From the IMG/VR virus record IMGVR_UViG_3300025902_000617: 61,039 nucleotides of DNA; one strand, given 5' to 3'. The translations under genes were made by a program, and so were the position numbers. A model generated the notes under the pieces. It had not been told where the DNA came from and did not search any database. It saw only the letters and a program-made list of their open reading frames with translations. Shown in pieces: positions 18,601-28,000 of this stretch (position 1 is the first letter of the stretch; every line of letters starts with the position of its first letter). This DNA comes from an uncultured virus (IMG/VR IMGVR_UViG_3300025902_000617) (Duplodnaviria > Heunggongvirae > Uroviricota > Caudoviricetes).

Positions 18601-20190
18601 GTATCAGGGAACGTGGTAGTAACATCGGTATCTGGGAATGTTCTCACGGTGCTCGTTTCTGGTGGAATAGTTCGAACCGTATCTGGCAACTGGGTGAATA
18701 TCAGCGGGGAGTCTGTCATTACATCAGTATCCGGAAACGCCGTGTTTGTTTACCTTTCTGGTGGGAATATAACAGTAGAAGTTTCTGGAGACTGGGTGGA
18801 TGTAAGCGGAGCAACCGTGCTTACATCTGTGTCTGGGAATGTGCTTACCGTACTCGTTTCTGGCGGCATAGTCCGCACTATATCAGGAAACTGGGTAAAC
18901 ATCAGTGGAGAATCTGTGGTTACATCCATATCCGGTAATGCTGTGGTTACATCCGTATCCGGTAACGTACTCACAGTTCTCGTGTCAGGAGGGATAGTTC
19001 GCACTATCTCCGGAAACTGGGTGAACATCAGCGGAGAATCGGTTGTAACATCTATATCAGGGAACGCGGTGTTTGTTTACGTATCCGGAGGGAATCTCCA
19101 AGTAGATATATCAGGGGATCCCGTTACTGTATCTGGAAGCTGGGTTGATATCAGCGGGGAGTCCGTAGTCACCTCTGTATCTGGGAATGTTGTTGTCACA
19201 TCGATTTCCGGCAACACTGTTGTTACCTCGGTGTCTGGTAATGTGCTCACGGTACTCGTTTCTGGTGGCATAGTTCGCACGGTATCCGGAAATTGGGTTG
19301 ATATCAGCGGCGCTTATCTTGCATCCGGGCAGTGGGTGCAAACTTCGGTATCCGGGAATGCTATAGTCACTTCCGTATCCGGGAATGTTGTTTCCACATC
19401 TGTATCTGGAAATGTCCTCACAGTGCTTGTCTCTGGGGGAATTGTGCGCACGGTATCCGGAAACTGGGTGAACATTAGCGGAGAGTCTGTTGTAACATCT
19501 ATATCTGGAAACGTCGTGGTCACATCTGTCTCAGGAAACGCCGTGACTACATCCGTATCTGGCAATGTCCTTACCGTGCTTGTTTCAGGTGGAATAGTTC
19601 GCACAATTTCCGGGAACTGGGTAAACATAAGCGGGGAATCTGTTGTCACTTCGGTGTCCGGAAATGTTGTAGGTACATCAGTATCGGGTAATGTTCTCAC
19701 GGTGCTCGTCTCCGGAGGAATAGTTCGTACAATTTCTGGTAACTGGGTGAACATCAGCGGAGAGTCTGTTGTTACATCTGTATCCGGGAACGCCGTGTTC
19801 GTTTACATATCCAGCGCCATGGTTACAGTAACCGGATACGTAAGGGAACTGATAGTCCCATCAGTTACCTATTATTCAGGACAGGCAACCATGTCGAGCA
19901 CGGTAGCGGTAGCCGATACCACATGTTTGGATTATGTAAGATTATATGTATCTGGAGCAACAACATCGTCCGAATTCTATGTTCAGCATACCGATATGAG
20001 CGGATTTGGAGTGAAACTAATGTCTGTGGAGATGTCTGCTGGCGGATACTATGGAGAACCGGTGTTGACAGTGTTTTATCAACCCACAAGGAATATATAT
20101 ATGTACGCAGGAGAGCGGGTTACATGTATTTGGAACAATCCGACTTCATCCACATGGAGACTTAATATCGGGTTTGTTGACAAAACATAG
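15631..20190 (+). CDS. Giant Ser-Gly repeat fibre/spike protein (~1520 aa)
   Basis: About 1400 aa of mostly 7-9-residue beta-strand units separated by SG, then a globular C-terminal domain homologous to that of 40153-41142. TAATG coupling at 15631. Confidence 0.85.
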   Translation: MVNLGSPRSTKEPARISGNVVITSISGDSVVLSSSITLDVSGTWISISGSSVSVSGSPVLISGQPVSVSGSWVNISGAYLASGQWVEASVSGNWVDISGAEVITSVSGDAVSTSVSGNVVATSVSGNVVSTSVSGNKVDTSVSGNVITVLVSGGIVRTVSGNWVDISGESVSTSVSGDAVFVYISGGTVTAVTDVSGQSVFVYISGGSITAATDVSGQSVFVYISGGAITTTIDSGSPVAISGSWVDVSGATVLTSVSGNAVFVYLSGGDITVEVSGDWVDVSGATVLTSVSGNVLTVLVSGGIVRTVSGNWVNISGESVVTSISGNAVFVYLSGGDITVEISGDWVDVSGATVLTSVSGNWVSTSGSTVITSVSGNVLTVLVSGGIVRTISGNWVNISGESIVTSVSGNWVSTSGSTVLTSISGNAVFIYVSGGNLQVDISGDSVTVSGSWVNISGESVVTSVSGNVLTVLVSGGIVRTISGNWVDVSGATVLTSVSGNVITVLVSGGIVRTISGNWVNISGESVVTSISGNAVFVYVSGGNLQVDISGDPVTVSGSWVNISGESVVTSVSGNVLTVLVSGGIVRTISGSWVNISGESVVTSISGNAVFVYVSGGNLQVDISGDPVTVSGSWVDISGESVVTSVSGNVLTVLVSGGIVRTVSGNWVNISGESVVTSVSGNVVATSVSGNVLTVLVSGGIVRTISGNWVNISGESIVTSISGNAVFVYVSGGNLQVDISGDPVTVSGSWVDVSGATVLTSVSGNILTVLVSGGIVRTISGNWVNISGESVVTSVSGNAVVTSVSGNVLTVLVSGGIVRTVSGNWVNISGESVVTSVSGNVVVTSTSGNVLTVLVSGGIVRTISGNWVNISGESVVTSISGNDVFVYISGGSITTITDVSGQSVFVYISGGAISTTIASGSPVSVSGDAVFVYLSGGDITVEISGDWVDVSGATVLTSVSGNVLTVLVSGGIVRTVSGNWVNISGESVVTSVSGNVVVTSVSGNVLTVLVSGGIVRTVSGNWVNISGESVITSVSGNAVFVYLSGGNITVEVSGDWVDVSGATVLTSVSGNVLTVLVSGGIVRTISGNWVNISGESVVTSISGNAVVTSVSGNVLTVLVSGGIVRTISGNWVNISGESVVTSISGNAVFVYVSGGNLQVDISGDPVTVSGSWVDISGESVVTSVSGNVVVTSISGNTVVTSVSGNVLTVLVSGGIVRTVSGNWVDISGAYLASGQWVQTSVSGNAIVTSVSGNVVSTSVSGNVLTVLVSGGIVRTVSGNWVNISGESVVTSISGNVVVTSVSGNAVTTSVSGNVLTVLVSGGIVRTISGNWVNISGESVVTSVSGNVVGTSVSGNVLTVLVSGGIVRTISGNWVNISGESVVTSVSGNAVFVYISSAMVTVTGYVRELIVPSVTYYSGQATMSSTVAVADTTCLDYVRLYVSGATTSSEFYVQHTDMSGFGVKLMSVEMSAGGYYGEPVLTVFYQPTRNIYMYAGERVTCIWNNPTSSTWRLNIGFVDKT

Positions 20191-20200
20191 AGGTGCTCAA

Positions 20201-20821
20201 ATGGTTGTGATTAATGGTTACGATTGTGATGATGAAGTGATTATAAACGGAATGCCGCGTCCAAGCTCTTCGGATATTTCGCCAGCTCCTCCGACGAGTT
20301 TGAGTTTAACGGAAGTTACAGATCACGTCCATATTACATTTGAACCATCGGTAACAACCGGTGTAGATAGGCATGAAATTTGGGAAGCTATAAGCACCGG
20401 AGATTATTCTCTGATAGGCATGATCCCAACCGCGCTATCAAGTGGGACTGTGGAATTCGATGATTACGTATACGATAGAACCGGCACCATATATTATAAC
20501 GTATTTGCTATAAAACACGGGGTAAGAAGTTCCATTGTGAGCGGAAATGTTGCTGTTGTAGAAGTAGTGGCAGATCCGGATGCTGTTACATCAGTACCCG
20601 GGACGAATGAAATAATCGTGTCTGTAAACGTATCTGCTGACAGGAGACTTGAAAGTATTACTATTAATAAAGATGCTCAAACAACGTCTGCCGCATTAAC
20701 AGAAGTGGCGTCTGTCCCTATATATACTGGGTTACTCGGAACAATTGCATATGCAGTTCCGGACGCAGACATTGCAAAGTATCATCGATTTTGGGCATAT
20801 TCTAATACGAGGTCTGCCTAA
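20201..20821 (+). CDS. Fn3/Ig-like structural protein
   Basis: PAPPTSLSLT..HITF..YYNVFA pattern. GAGGTG SD. Confidence 0.6.
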   Translation: MVVINGYDCDDEVIINGMPRPSSSDISPAPPTSLSLTEVTDHVHITFEPSVTTGVDRHEIWEAISTGDYSLIGMIPTALSSGTVEFDDYVYDRTGTIYYNVFAIKHGVRSSIVSGNVAVVEVVADPDAVTSVPGTNEIIVSVNVSADRRLESITINKDAQTTSAALTEVASVPIYTGLLGTIAYAVPDADIAKYHRFWAYSNTRSA

Positions 20822-22629
20822 TGGCAACAATTGTTTCTACAGCCAGTGGAACGTGGGGATCCGGAACGACGTGGAGCGGTGGTATAGTACCAGCAAATGG
20901 AGATGCGGTTACCATTGGAGCCAGCCATACGGTTGTATTTGATGTAGACCAAAGTTCATTTATTTCCGGACTCAGCACTGTTACTGTAACTGGAACGTTA
21001 ACTTTTTCTACAGCAGCGAGTTCTTACATTTATATGAAAATGGCGTCTGCGCATATTGCAGGAGCTGGAAAATTGTATGTCGGGGTTTCTGGAACCCCGA
21101 TCCCGAGAACATCACGGGTTACGATTAGATTGCCTTCGACGGATTATGGTATCACCACAACAACCCAAACATATTATGGTTGGGTTCCTACAACGATGCA
21201 GACGAGCCTTGCCGCAGGATCTGTTTCTGGATCCACTACACTCACTATTTCCGGCGATCTTGATTTGCAGACAGGAGATATGATTGCGGTTGGTTCCGGG
21301 GGAACATCGTATGGATATTTAGCAGAAACCGCGAAAGGTTTGTATACTGTAGGTACATATGTTTCTGGAAATACCATCACGCTTACAAGTGGTCTCCAGA
21401 CAATACGGTATTCCGGGGATTTGTGTCTGAGGGCATCTACTCCGATTCTTGTTACAAGACCGGCGAGTACTGCATATTATGCTCTCAGATCAGCGTCTTC
21501 AAAATTCGAGGGGGTCACTGTTGAGAATACTTATGGATGCAATGGGTCATATAGTACTTTTAATAAGTGTGTATCAAAGGCGCAAACTTCTACATATGGG
21601 TACGGGAATCTTTGTTTGGGAGGGGCGTACGCTACATTAACCGATTGCAATGCCGTGGGTCATTTACGATATGGTGTGGCGTGGAACGCTCACTATGGGA
21701 CGGTAACGCGGTGCTGTGGAGTTAGCGGACGCGATGGAATTGTCTATAGTTCTTACGGATTAAAAGCAATAGATTGCAAGGCTCAGAATTTAACATACCC
21801 ATGCAATTATTTATACGGAAGCAGTGTCGACGGATTCGAAGCTAAAAACTGCTCGTATGGAATTCTCGCATACTCTATAGGTTCACGAATGAAAAATAGT
21901 ACTGCGAAGGGAGGGTATGCCGGAAATCTCGCCGCTCAGTGTTACGATTGCTATATTGAGAATTGTACATCCGTATCACCGGTGACTTATGGAGAAAGCT
22001 ATGCTTGCTATGATGACATGGTTTTTGATAATTGCACGGTGACAACATACGGAACGGGGATGGCCAGTGCGTACGGTTCGACAAACTTGCAACGTCTTGG
22101 GTACATGCAGAAATTCATTAATGTGAATGGGGATCCAACGAAATGGGTTTTTTATTCGAATGCCGGATACTGGTTGCCAGAAACGACCGTTGTCCCTCCG
22201 AATAGAACTTCGTGTGCTAAGGGATATATCGCGTTTGCGACAACGGCATATGTAGCATTCCCCTTGGTGTGGTATTGGAAAGTTAATTTCCCTGCTGGTG
22301 TTCCTATGACATTTAGTACGTGGGTAAGAAAAACGTTCACCGGTGGGACGGTGGTATTCGAGATTGTGGATCCAACTGACGATCCGTTATTATATTCGGA
22401 TGCCACGGCATTAAATGATGATAATATTACCGACGTTGCCAATACGTGGGAACTTCTGACAGTTACATATACGTCAACTATAACGAAAGAATTAGTAGTG
22501 AGACTGCGCGTTCAAAATTCGTCCACTGGAGGATATGTTTACTTTGATAATGCTATGGTATATGAAAGAGTTTCAAATAACTATTTAAAGAATCCGCACT
22601 CAACATATAAGATAGCAGGAGGAAAGTAA
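20821..22629 (+). CDS. Putative receptor-binding spike: G8-like N-terminus, parallel beta-helix, C-terminal CBM-like domain
   Basis: SGTW..GTTWSGG.VP..GD.V.I...HTV, Cys/Tyr/Gly-rich beta-helix repeats, STWVRK..NTWELLTVTY..YVYFDN. Confidence 0.7.
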   Translation: MATIVSTASGTWGSGTTWSGGIVPANGDAVTIGASHTVVFDVDQSSFISGLSTVTVTGTLTFSTAASSYIYMKMASAHIAGAGKLYVGVSGTPIPRTSRVTIRLPSTDYGITTTTQTYYGWVPTTMQTSLAAGSVSGSTTLTISGDLDLQTGDMIAVGSGGTSYGYLAETAKGLYTVGTYVSGNTITLTSGLQTIRYSGDLCLRASTPILVTRPASTAYYALRSASSKFEGVTVENTYGCNGSYSTFNKCVSKAQTSTYGYGNLCLGGAYATLTDCNAVGHLRYGVAWNAHYGTVTRCCGVSGRDGIVYSSYGLKAIDCKAQNLTYPCNYLYGSSVDGFEAKNCSYGILAYSIGSRMKNSTAKGGYAGNLAAQCYDCYIENCTSVSPVTYGESYACYDDMVFDNCTVTTYGTGMASAYGSTNLQRLGYMQKFINVNGDPTKWVFYSNAGYWLPETTVVPPNRTSCAKGYIAFATTAYVAFPLVWYWKVNFPAGVPMTFSTWVRKTFTGGTVVFEIVDPTDDPLLYSDATALNDDNITDVANTWELLTVTYTSTITKELVVRLRVQNSSTGGYVYFDNAMVYERVSNNYLKNPHSTYKIAGGK

Positions 22630-24806
22630 TGGTAAATTATTCAACAATTGTTCTTCCAACGTATGGATACATTACTTCCGGAGCTGCTGCTGCATATACA
22701 TCTGCAATTACGTACGCAAATACTCAAGATGATTATCATACTACATCCGCCAACGCATATGCAATATCTGGGGCATATGTTGCATTTACTTCTGCAAAAA
22801 CTTACGCCGATTGGGTTTACACCTCTGCAACCACGTACGCAAATACTCAGGATGATTATCACACCACAAGCGCGAACGCGTATGCTGTGTCGGGAGCGTA
22901 TGTTGCTCTCACATCGGCGCTCGTGGCCGATGCAACAACACTTGCGTCTGCAAAAACTTATGCCGACTGGGTGTACACGTCTGCCACAACTTACGCAGAC
23001 ACGCAAGATGGTTATCACACCACGAGTGCGAATGCATATGCCATGTCCGGAGCGTATGTTGCATTAACATCAGCGCTCGTGGCCGATGCGACTACGCTTG
23101 CATCTGCAAAAACTTACGCGGACTGGGTGTACACGTCTGCTACCACGTACGCAAATACTCAGGATGATTATCATACTACATCAGCTAACGCATACGCGCT
23201 CTCTGGCGCATACGTGGCTCTGACATCAGCGCTCGTGGCAGATGCTACAACACTAGCCAGTGCGAAAACATATGCTGACTGGGTGTACACGTCTGCCACA
23301 ACTTACGCAGACACGCAAGATGGTTATCACACCACATCAGCTAACGCATACGCGCTCTCTGGCGCATACGTGGCACTAACGAGTGCGAACGAGTACGCAG
23401 ATTGGGTATATACATCTGCAACTACGTACGCGAATACTCAGGATGGCTACCACACTACGAGTTCAGAAGCCTATACAACGTCTGCGGTTGCCGCAGTCTA
23501 CGTATCTCCGCATTTTACCGGCGATGCGTATTTCGGCAGCGATATCATCATGAGTCCGTTGCATTATATCAGAACAAGTAATAGTGCCGCATGGATTGGC
23601 ATTAGAGCCGGGGACATAGCAGCCGGAGACGGATCCGAGTTTGCTTTTTTTAACAAGAATGACGGCGTTAATGGTGGAAAGATTATGGCAAAGGTTCCAA
23701 ATGCGACCGGAGATGTCGATTTGTATCCTTTTACTATAACGGGAAATACAAATGCCCCATACACGAGTTTCGGTGGATATAATATTAGCGATATCAATAA
23801 TGTTATAATGACAGGGGTGGGTGCAAATTCACTTACTACATCCACAAACAGTGGATACATAGTTATAAACGGGGGACAAGACTACGGAGCGCGCGCTACG
23901 TTTGTCTCAATTAATAACCCGTCGGCGGGTGCGTTTTTACTGGAAGTTCCAAATGCCGCCAAAAATGGGTTTGTAAATGTTTTCTACGTCAATGGAAATA
24001 CAGATGACCCGACTATAAACTGTTGCAGTCGACAGTTGCTTTGTGTTAAGACTCCGACGACCGATTATGACGGTGTAAACAAAGTGTACTCCGATTTAAA
24101 TCTGGATCTAGCATTGACTAGACCAATCACTGGTCAATATATGGCAAAAGATGATAATGACAACAGACTTGCCATATACGGAGGTGTTCAGGGAAGCGGC
24201 AACGCGGTTCTTGTAATCAATTCGTGTTCTGGGTCTTCGATTGCTGGAGGGTTCCGGTTTTTAACAACGAAAGCAGATTGTTTAAATCGTCAGGATGCTG
24301 TTACAATAACTGGAAATACCGACACGCCGGTTCTGAACCTTAATTACGGACAGATAGCATTCCCGTCAGTGCAGGTGCCAAGCGCGGGTGCAAACGTTCT
24401 CGATGACTACGAGGAAGGAACGTGGACACCCGAGTTTGCTTTTGGGGGATTTACCAGTGGAATAACATATAGTATACACGATGGTTATTATACGAAGGTT
24501 GGGAATATCGTAGAGATTACCGGAAGGACGCTTTTAACAAATAAAGGCACTGCCGTCGGTGCGTTGACTATCACTGGGTTACCATTTACCATCGCCAACG
24601 CACAGAATTCATATGAAGGGGTAGCACTTAGGAAAACTGCAATAACAATGTCTGGGATGGTTATCCAAGGATATCCGATTATAAACACAACAACAATTGC
24701 CATAGAGGGCTATTCAACGTACAACGGATCAACTTCGTCGGTAACAAACACGCATTGCGCAAATGGAACTGGGCTTATGATTGGATTTGTATACAGGACG
24801 GCATAA
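22629..24806 (+). CDS. Fibre protein: coiled-coil stalk, three repeated beta modules, phage-type tip
   Basis: 52-aa SAKTYAD/SANAYA repeats, GNT(N/D)xP-ending modules x3, LDDYEEGTWTP..YTKVGN..ITGLPF tip. Confidence 0.8.
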   Translation: MVNYSTIVLPTYGYITSGAAAAYTSAITYANTQDDYHTTSANAYAISGAYVAFTSAKTYADWVYTSATTYANTQDDYHTTSANAYAVSGAYVALTSALVADATTLASAKTYADWVYTSATTYADTQDGYHTTSANAYAMSGAYVALTSALVADATTLASAKTYADWVYTSATTYANTQDDYHTTSANAYALSGAYVALTSALVADATTLASAKTYADWVYTSATTYADTQDGYHTTSANAYALSGAYVALTSANEYADWVYTSATTYANTQDGYHTTSSEAYTTSAVAAVYVSPHFTGDAYFGSDIIMSPLHYIRTSNSAAWIGIRAGDIAAGDGSEFAFFNKNDGVNGGKIMAKVPNATGDVDLYPFTITGNTNAPYTSFGGYNISDINNVIMTGVGANSLTTSTNSGYIVINGGQDYGARATFVSINNPSAGAFLLEVPNAAKNGFVNVFYVNGNTDDPTINCCSRQLLCVKTPTTDYDGVNKVYSDLNLDLALTRPITGQYMAKDDNDNRLAIYGGVQGSGNAVLVINSCSGSSIAGGFRFLTTKADCLNRQDAVTITGNTDTPVLNLNYGQIAFPSVQVPSAGANVLDDYEEGTWTPEFAFGGFTSGITYSIHDGYYTKVGNIVEITGRTLLTNKGTAVGALTITGLPFTIANAQNSYEGVALRKTAITMSGMVIQGYPIINTTTIAIEGYSTYNGSTSSVTNTHCANGTGLMIGFVYRTA

Positions 24807-24807
24807 C

Positions 24808-25068
24808 ATGACACTTACGAAAGATGTAAAGATCGACAAAATCGAAATCCTCGAAGACGGGCAAATTCAACTCCGCCAGTCTACCATAATTTTAGAGGAT
24901 GGTGTAGAGATAATGAGAACATATTTTAGAAAGACGATATCTCCGGGAGAAGACTTTTCAAAGGAGGACGCGCGCGTTCAATCTGTTGCCACTCTTATTC
25001 AAACAAAAGAGGTTGTGGATGCATATAAAGCAAAGACCGATGCGCAGTTAAAGGAGCGAGATCTTTAA
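24808..25068 (+). CDS. Small fibre-associated (chaperone-like) protein
   Basis: LTKDVKIDKIEILEDGQIQLR..EDGVEI.R..EDARVQ, a pattern recalled from genes that follow DDYEEGTWTP fibres in phages. Confidence 0.65.
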   Translation: MTLTKDVKIDKIEILEDGQIQLRQSTIILEDGVEIMRTYFRKTISPGEDFSKEDARVQSVATLIQTKEVVDAYKAKTDAQLKERDL

Positions 25069-25070
25069 GA

Positions 25071-28000
25071 TCAGAAATCTGACTTTACTCTTTTTACAAA
25101 TGCGTCGGACGATTCACTCTGGCTTGTGCGTTGGACGAGCGTCCCAAGATAATCATTACTACCCTTTTTCAATGGCTGGGCATAATCTACATCAACCCAA
25201 CTGACTATACCCCCGCCGTCGTCATCGACGTATCCATTTTCGGTGAGATATTCCCAGCAGTCGAAATCATCTCCCACGTAGTCGCAATTTTCGTCGCAAT
25301 CATCTTTACAATCTTGAATTTTTTCATCGAGAAGTTCGTTTTCGTATGTCTCGTATACATCGTCTGTGATTTCTGATCTTAAATCGTCTTCGTCGACATC
25401 TAATTCTGGTTCCCCGTCCTCATTTGTTACGGTGTGTTCTGCAACGGCGTCGGCGTATCTGCGGTCGATCTCGTCTTGGACATCTGATGATATTTCATCT
25501 CGGAACGCGTCAATCTTGCTATCGCTGGAGCATTCGTCCTCGCATTCAGATATGCACTCGTCTCGCATATTTGAAATTTCTTCATCGCAACGAGAATCTC
25601 CGTTTTCCATTACGTCTTCCCGCACCCTGTCCGAAGTGGTGCCCCACTCAAATTCGCACTCTCGCATTCTTGGAAGAACATTCATGCCTTTATCCGCAAG
25701 AACAACTTTCACCGCATCGTAAAGGAGATCCCAGTTCGGGTGATATTTATACGGATCGGGACTGGAATCATAATACTTTTTGGAATCTTGGATGGACACG
25801 CACTTGCAGTTTGTGCAGCGATGCATGAATAAACGGGCAAGCCATTGCGGCTCATATTCACTGTCCTTTGTCAAGTAAGCGATATAACTGCCATCAATGT
25901 AACCCTCTAATGATTCGTTGTGACCGCCTCCGAACAGACTCATGCATGACACCTTATCGAATTTCTGGCAAGCGGCGCTACGCAGGACATCCACCGGCTT
26001 GTTACTGATCGACATTTTATATGTCTGCACCCTTTTGCTCTTTTGTGCCTCTATAGCCTCCTTGTATCTCATCTTTTCATATGAAGAAACAAGTTCGAGC
26101 TGACCAAATAAAATGGGGTACTTCTCCTGCAATTTCTTTTTAAGTTTCTTCGGGGCTTTTTGAGTCCACTCCATAAAGTTGAACGAAGATGATCCACGGT
26201 CAAGTATTTCTCCATCTTTGGTGACATAGTAGAACCCGAATGTAAAGTCGTTACCGTTTGCTCTAATCTGGCGCACTATGTCATCTTGGGTTGTACGTAA
26301 AGCCGCCGCCTGTTCTGGAGTAACGCTCATTGACAATTTGCCCTTGATATTTTCTTTGCGTTGACCAACGAATTCGTAATCAAATAATTCTTGTACTGCC
26401 GCGATAAGTCCCACCGGGACTGGGTGAGCGTTTTCTTTAATATTTTGAACATATGGACTCCCTATCACTTCGTGGGATCCGTACAGCATCTGATACATGG
26501 TAGTGGCATATGTATAAATATGGTCATCGCTAAACAGCCCGGTGTCTCCAACGGTTATATCGTATACTCCTACCAGATCATTCGGATCATATCTTAATTT
26601 CGAATTTCCCTCGACATCGTTATACACATTTTCCATAAAGTCGTGATGATCGATACCAGATCGTTTGAAACAATACTTGTCGTAAAGTATTCTCGACTGT
26701 TTCGAAGGAGAGAGAATATCTTTTATAGAGGTTCCGTACGCGAGTTCGTACATTTTCGCCATCTTCTCTGTAACGTTAACACTTCCGGTATCGTCTGGCA
26801 TTGTGGGATCTTTTGCAATCTTCCCCAAAATTCCCATTTTTATCTTCTCTTCGTTTTTACGTAGCGAATCGAGAATTATTCTTGTAACTACCGACGAGTC
26901 TTCGAATTCGTAATACCAGTCGGAGAGTACTTCGAGAGATGGAATAGCGAGTCCGCGATTAAATATTCCAGAATTTATAGTGTTTATCACATCCTCCTCG
27001 CTGTGGACAAAGCAATTGTTGAGCGTGTGCTTAACGTTTGCCGGTTTTTTAATGAGGTTTTTCCTATTATACCCGTTCTTGCTATCCCTGTCGTATGCTT
27101 CGTATATTATATCTCCGATCTTTCTCATTCGTGGGAAAGAATCGCTTTCTATCAGTTTGTGGGTGTTCGCATAATAAGTACCCATCATGGTTATCATTTT
27201 TTCCAGCATCGCCACTGCCGCAAGTCTGGTCTCGTCGGATCCGATTATGGTTGCATATAAAAGACCATCAGACAAATAATCAGTAAACCACGGGAATCCC
27301 TCTGGGAACGTATAGTCATACGCGTCTGCCCCGGAATCCAGAATTCTGGTTAAAATATTTGACACATCCGAAGACATGATGATACTGTCAGATGTTTTTA
27401 TTGTCATGAGTTCTTTGGTGAGTTTTTGGATGCATGGCATTGTCTCCCCGGTATAAATGCTTTTACAAGATACACCTTCCATGACCTTGTAGAAGTCTTT
27501 TACAGTCATACCCCCACGGGCAAAGTTATATACAACGGGAACACCAAGTTCAATTGCGTAATCCACACCGTTTACAGAATGCTCTTTTCCACCGACAGAA
27601 CTCATGCACGTTTCCATGGCTGCTTTATCTAGGAATTTATATCTCGGATTAAACCCAGTGGAAATCTCATCCATGCGTTGTTCGATGTCGAAGTTGTTTG
27701 CACCAGAATTTACGAGTGATATGAGCCTGAGAGATCCGCATACGCCAGAATATCTCGGTTGATTTTTAATTATTTCTGAAATATATCTCCAGTGTGAATC
27801 TCCATTTCCGTCGTATGTGCTCGATACCTTTCTGATTAATGTATCCAAGCAGTTTGTAGAATTGGCACATTTTAATCCAGAGAACGGGGACTCGCCCGAC
27901 TCAACGTCTACGATACCATTACTGTCGCTATATGAAGATAGTAATGACGTGGCCATACTGCAAGGTTCGGTTCCATTCACTATGTTGAACAAGGTGTCAA

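Noticed and set aside
15609..19754. Many minus-strand ORFs rich in P/D/T/E inside the giant SG gene (also 40336-40845)
   Set aside because: They are antisense shadows of the repetitive Ser-Gly-Val codons, with no SD or promoter.
15631..19800. Repeat region as a CRISPR array or DGR template/variable repeat
   Set aside because: The repeats are in-frame coding units that vary at synonymous positions. There is no constant repeat with unique spacers, no adenine-specific variation and no reverse transcriptase or cas gene in the window.
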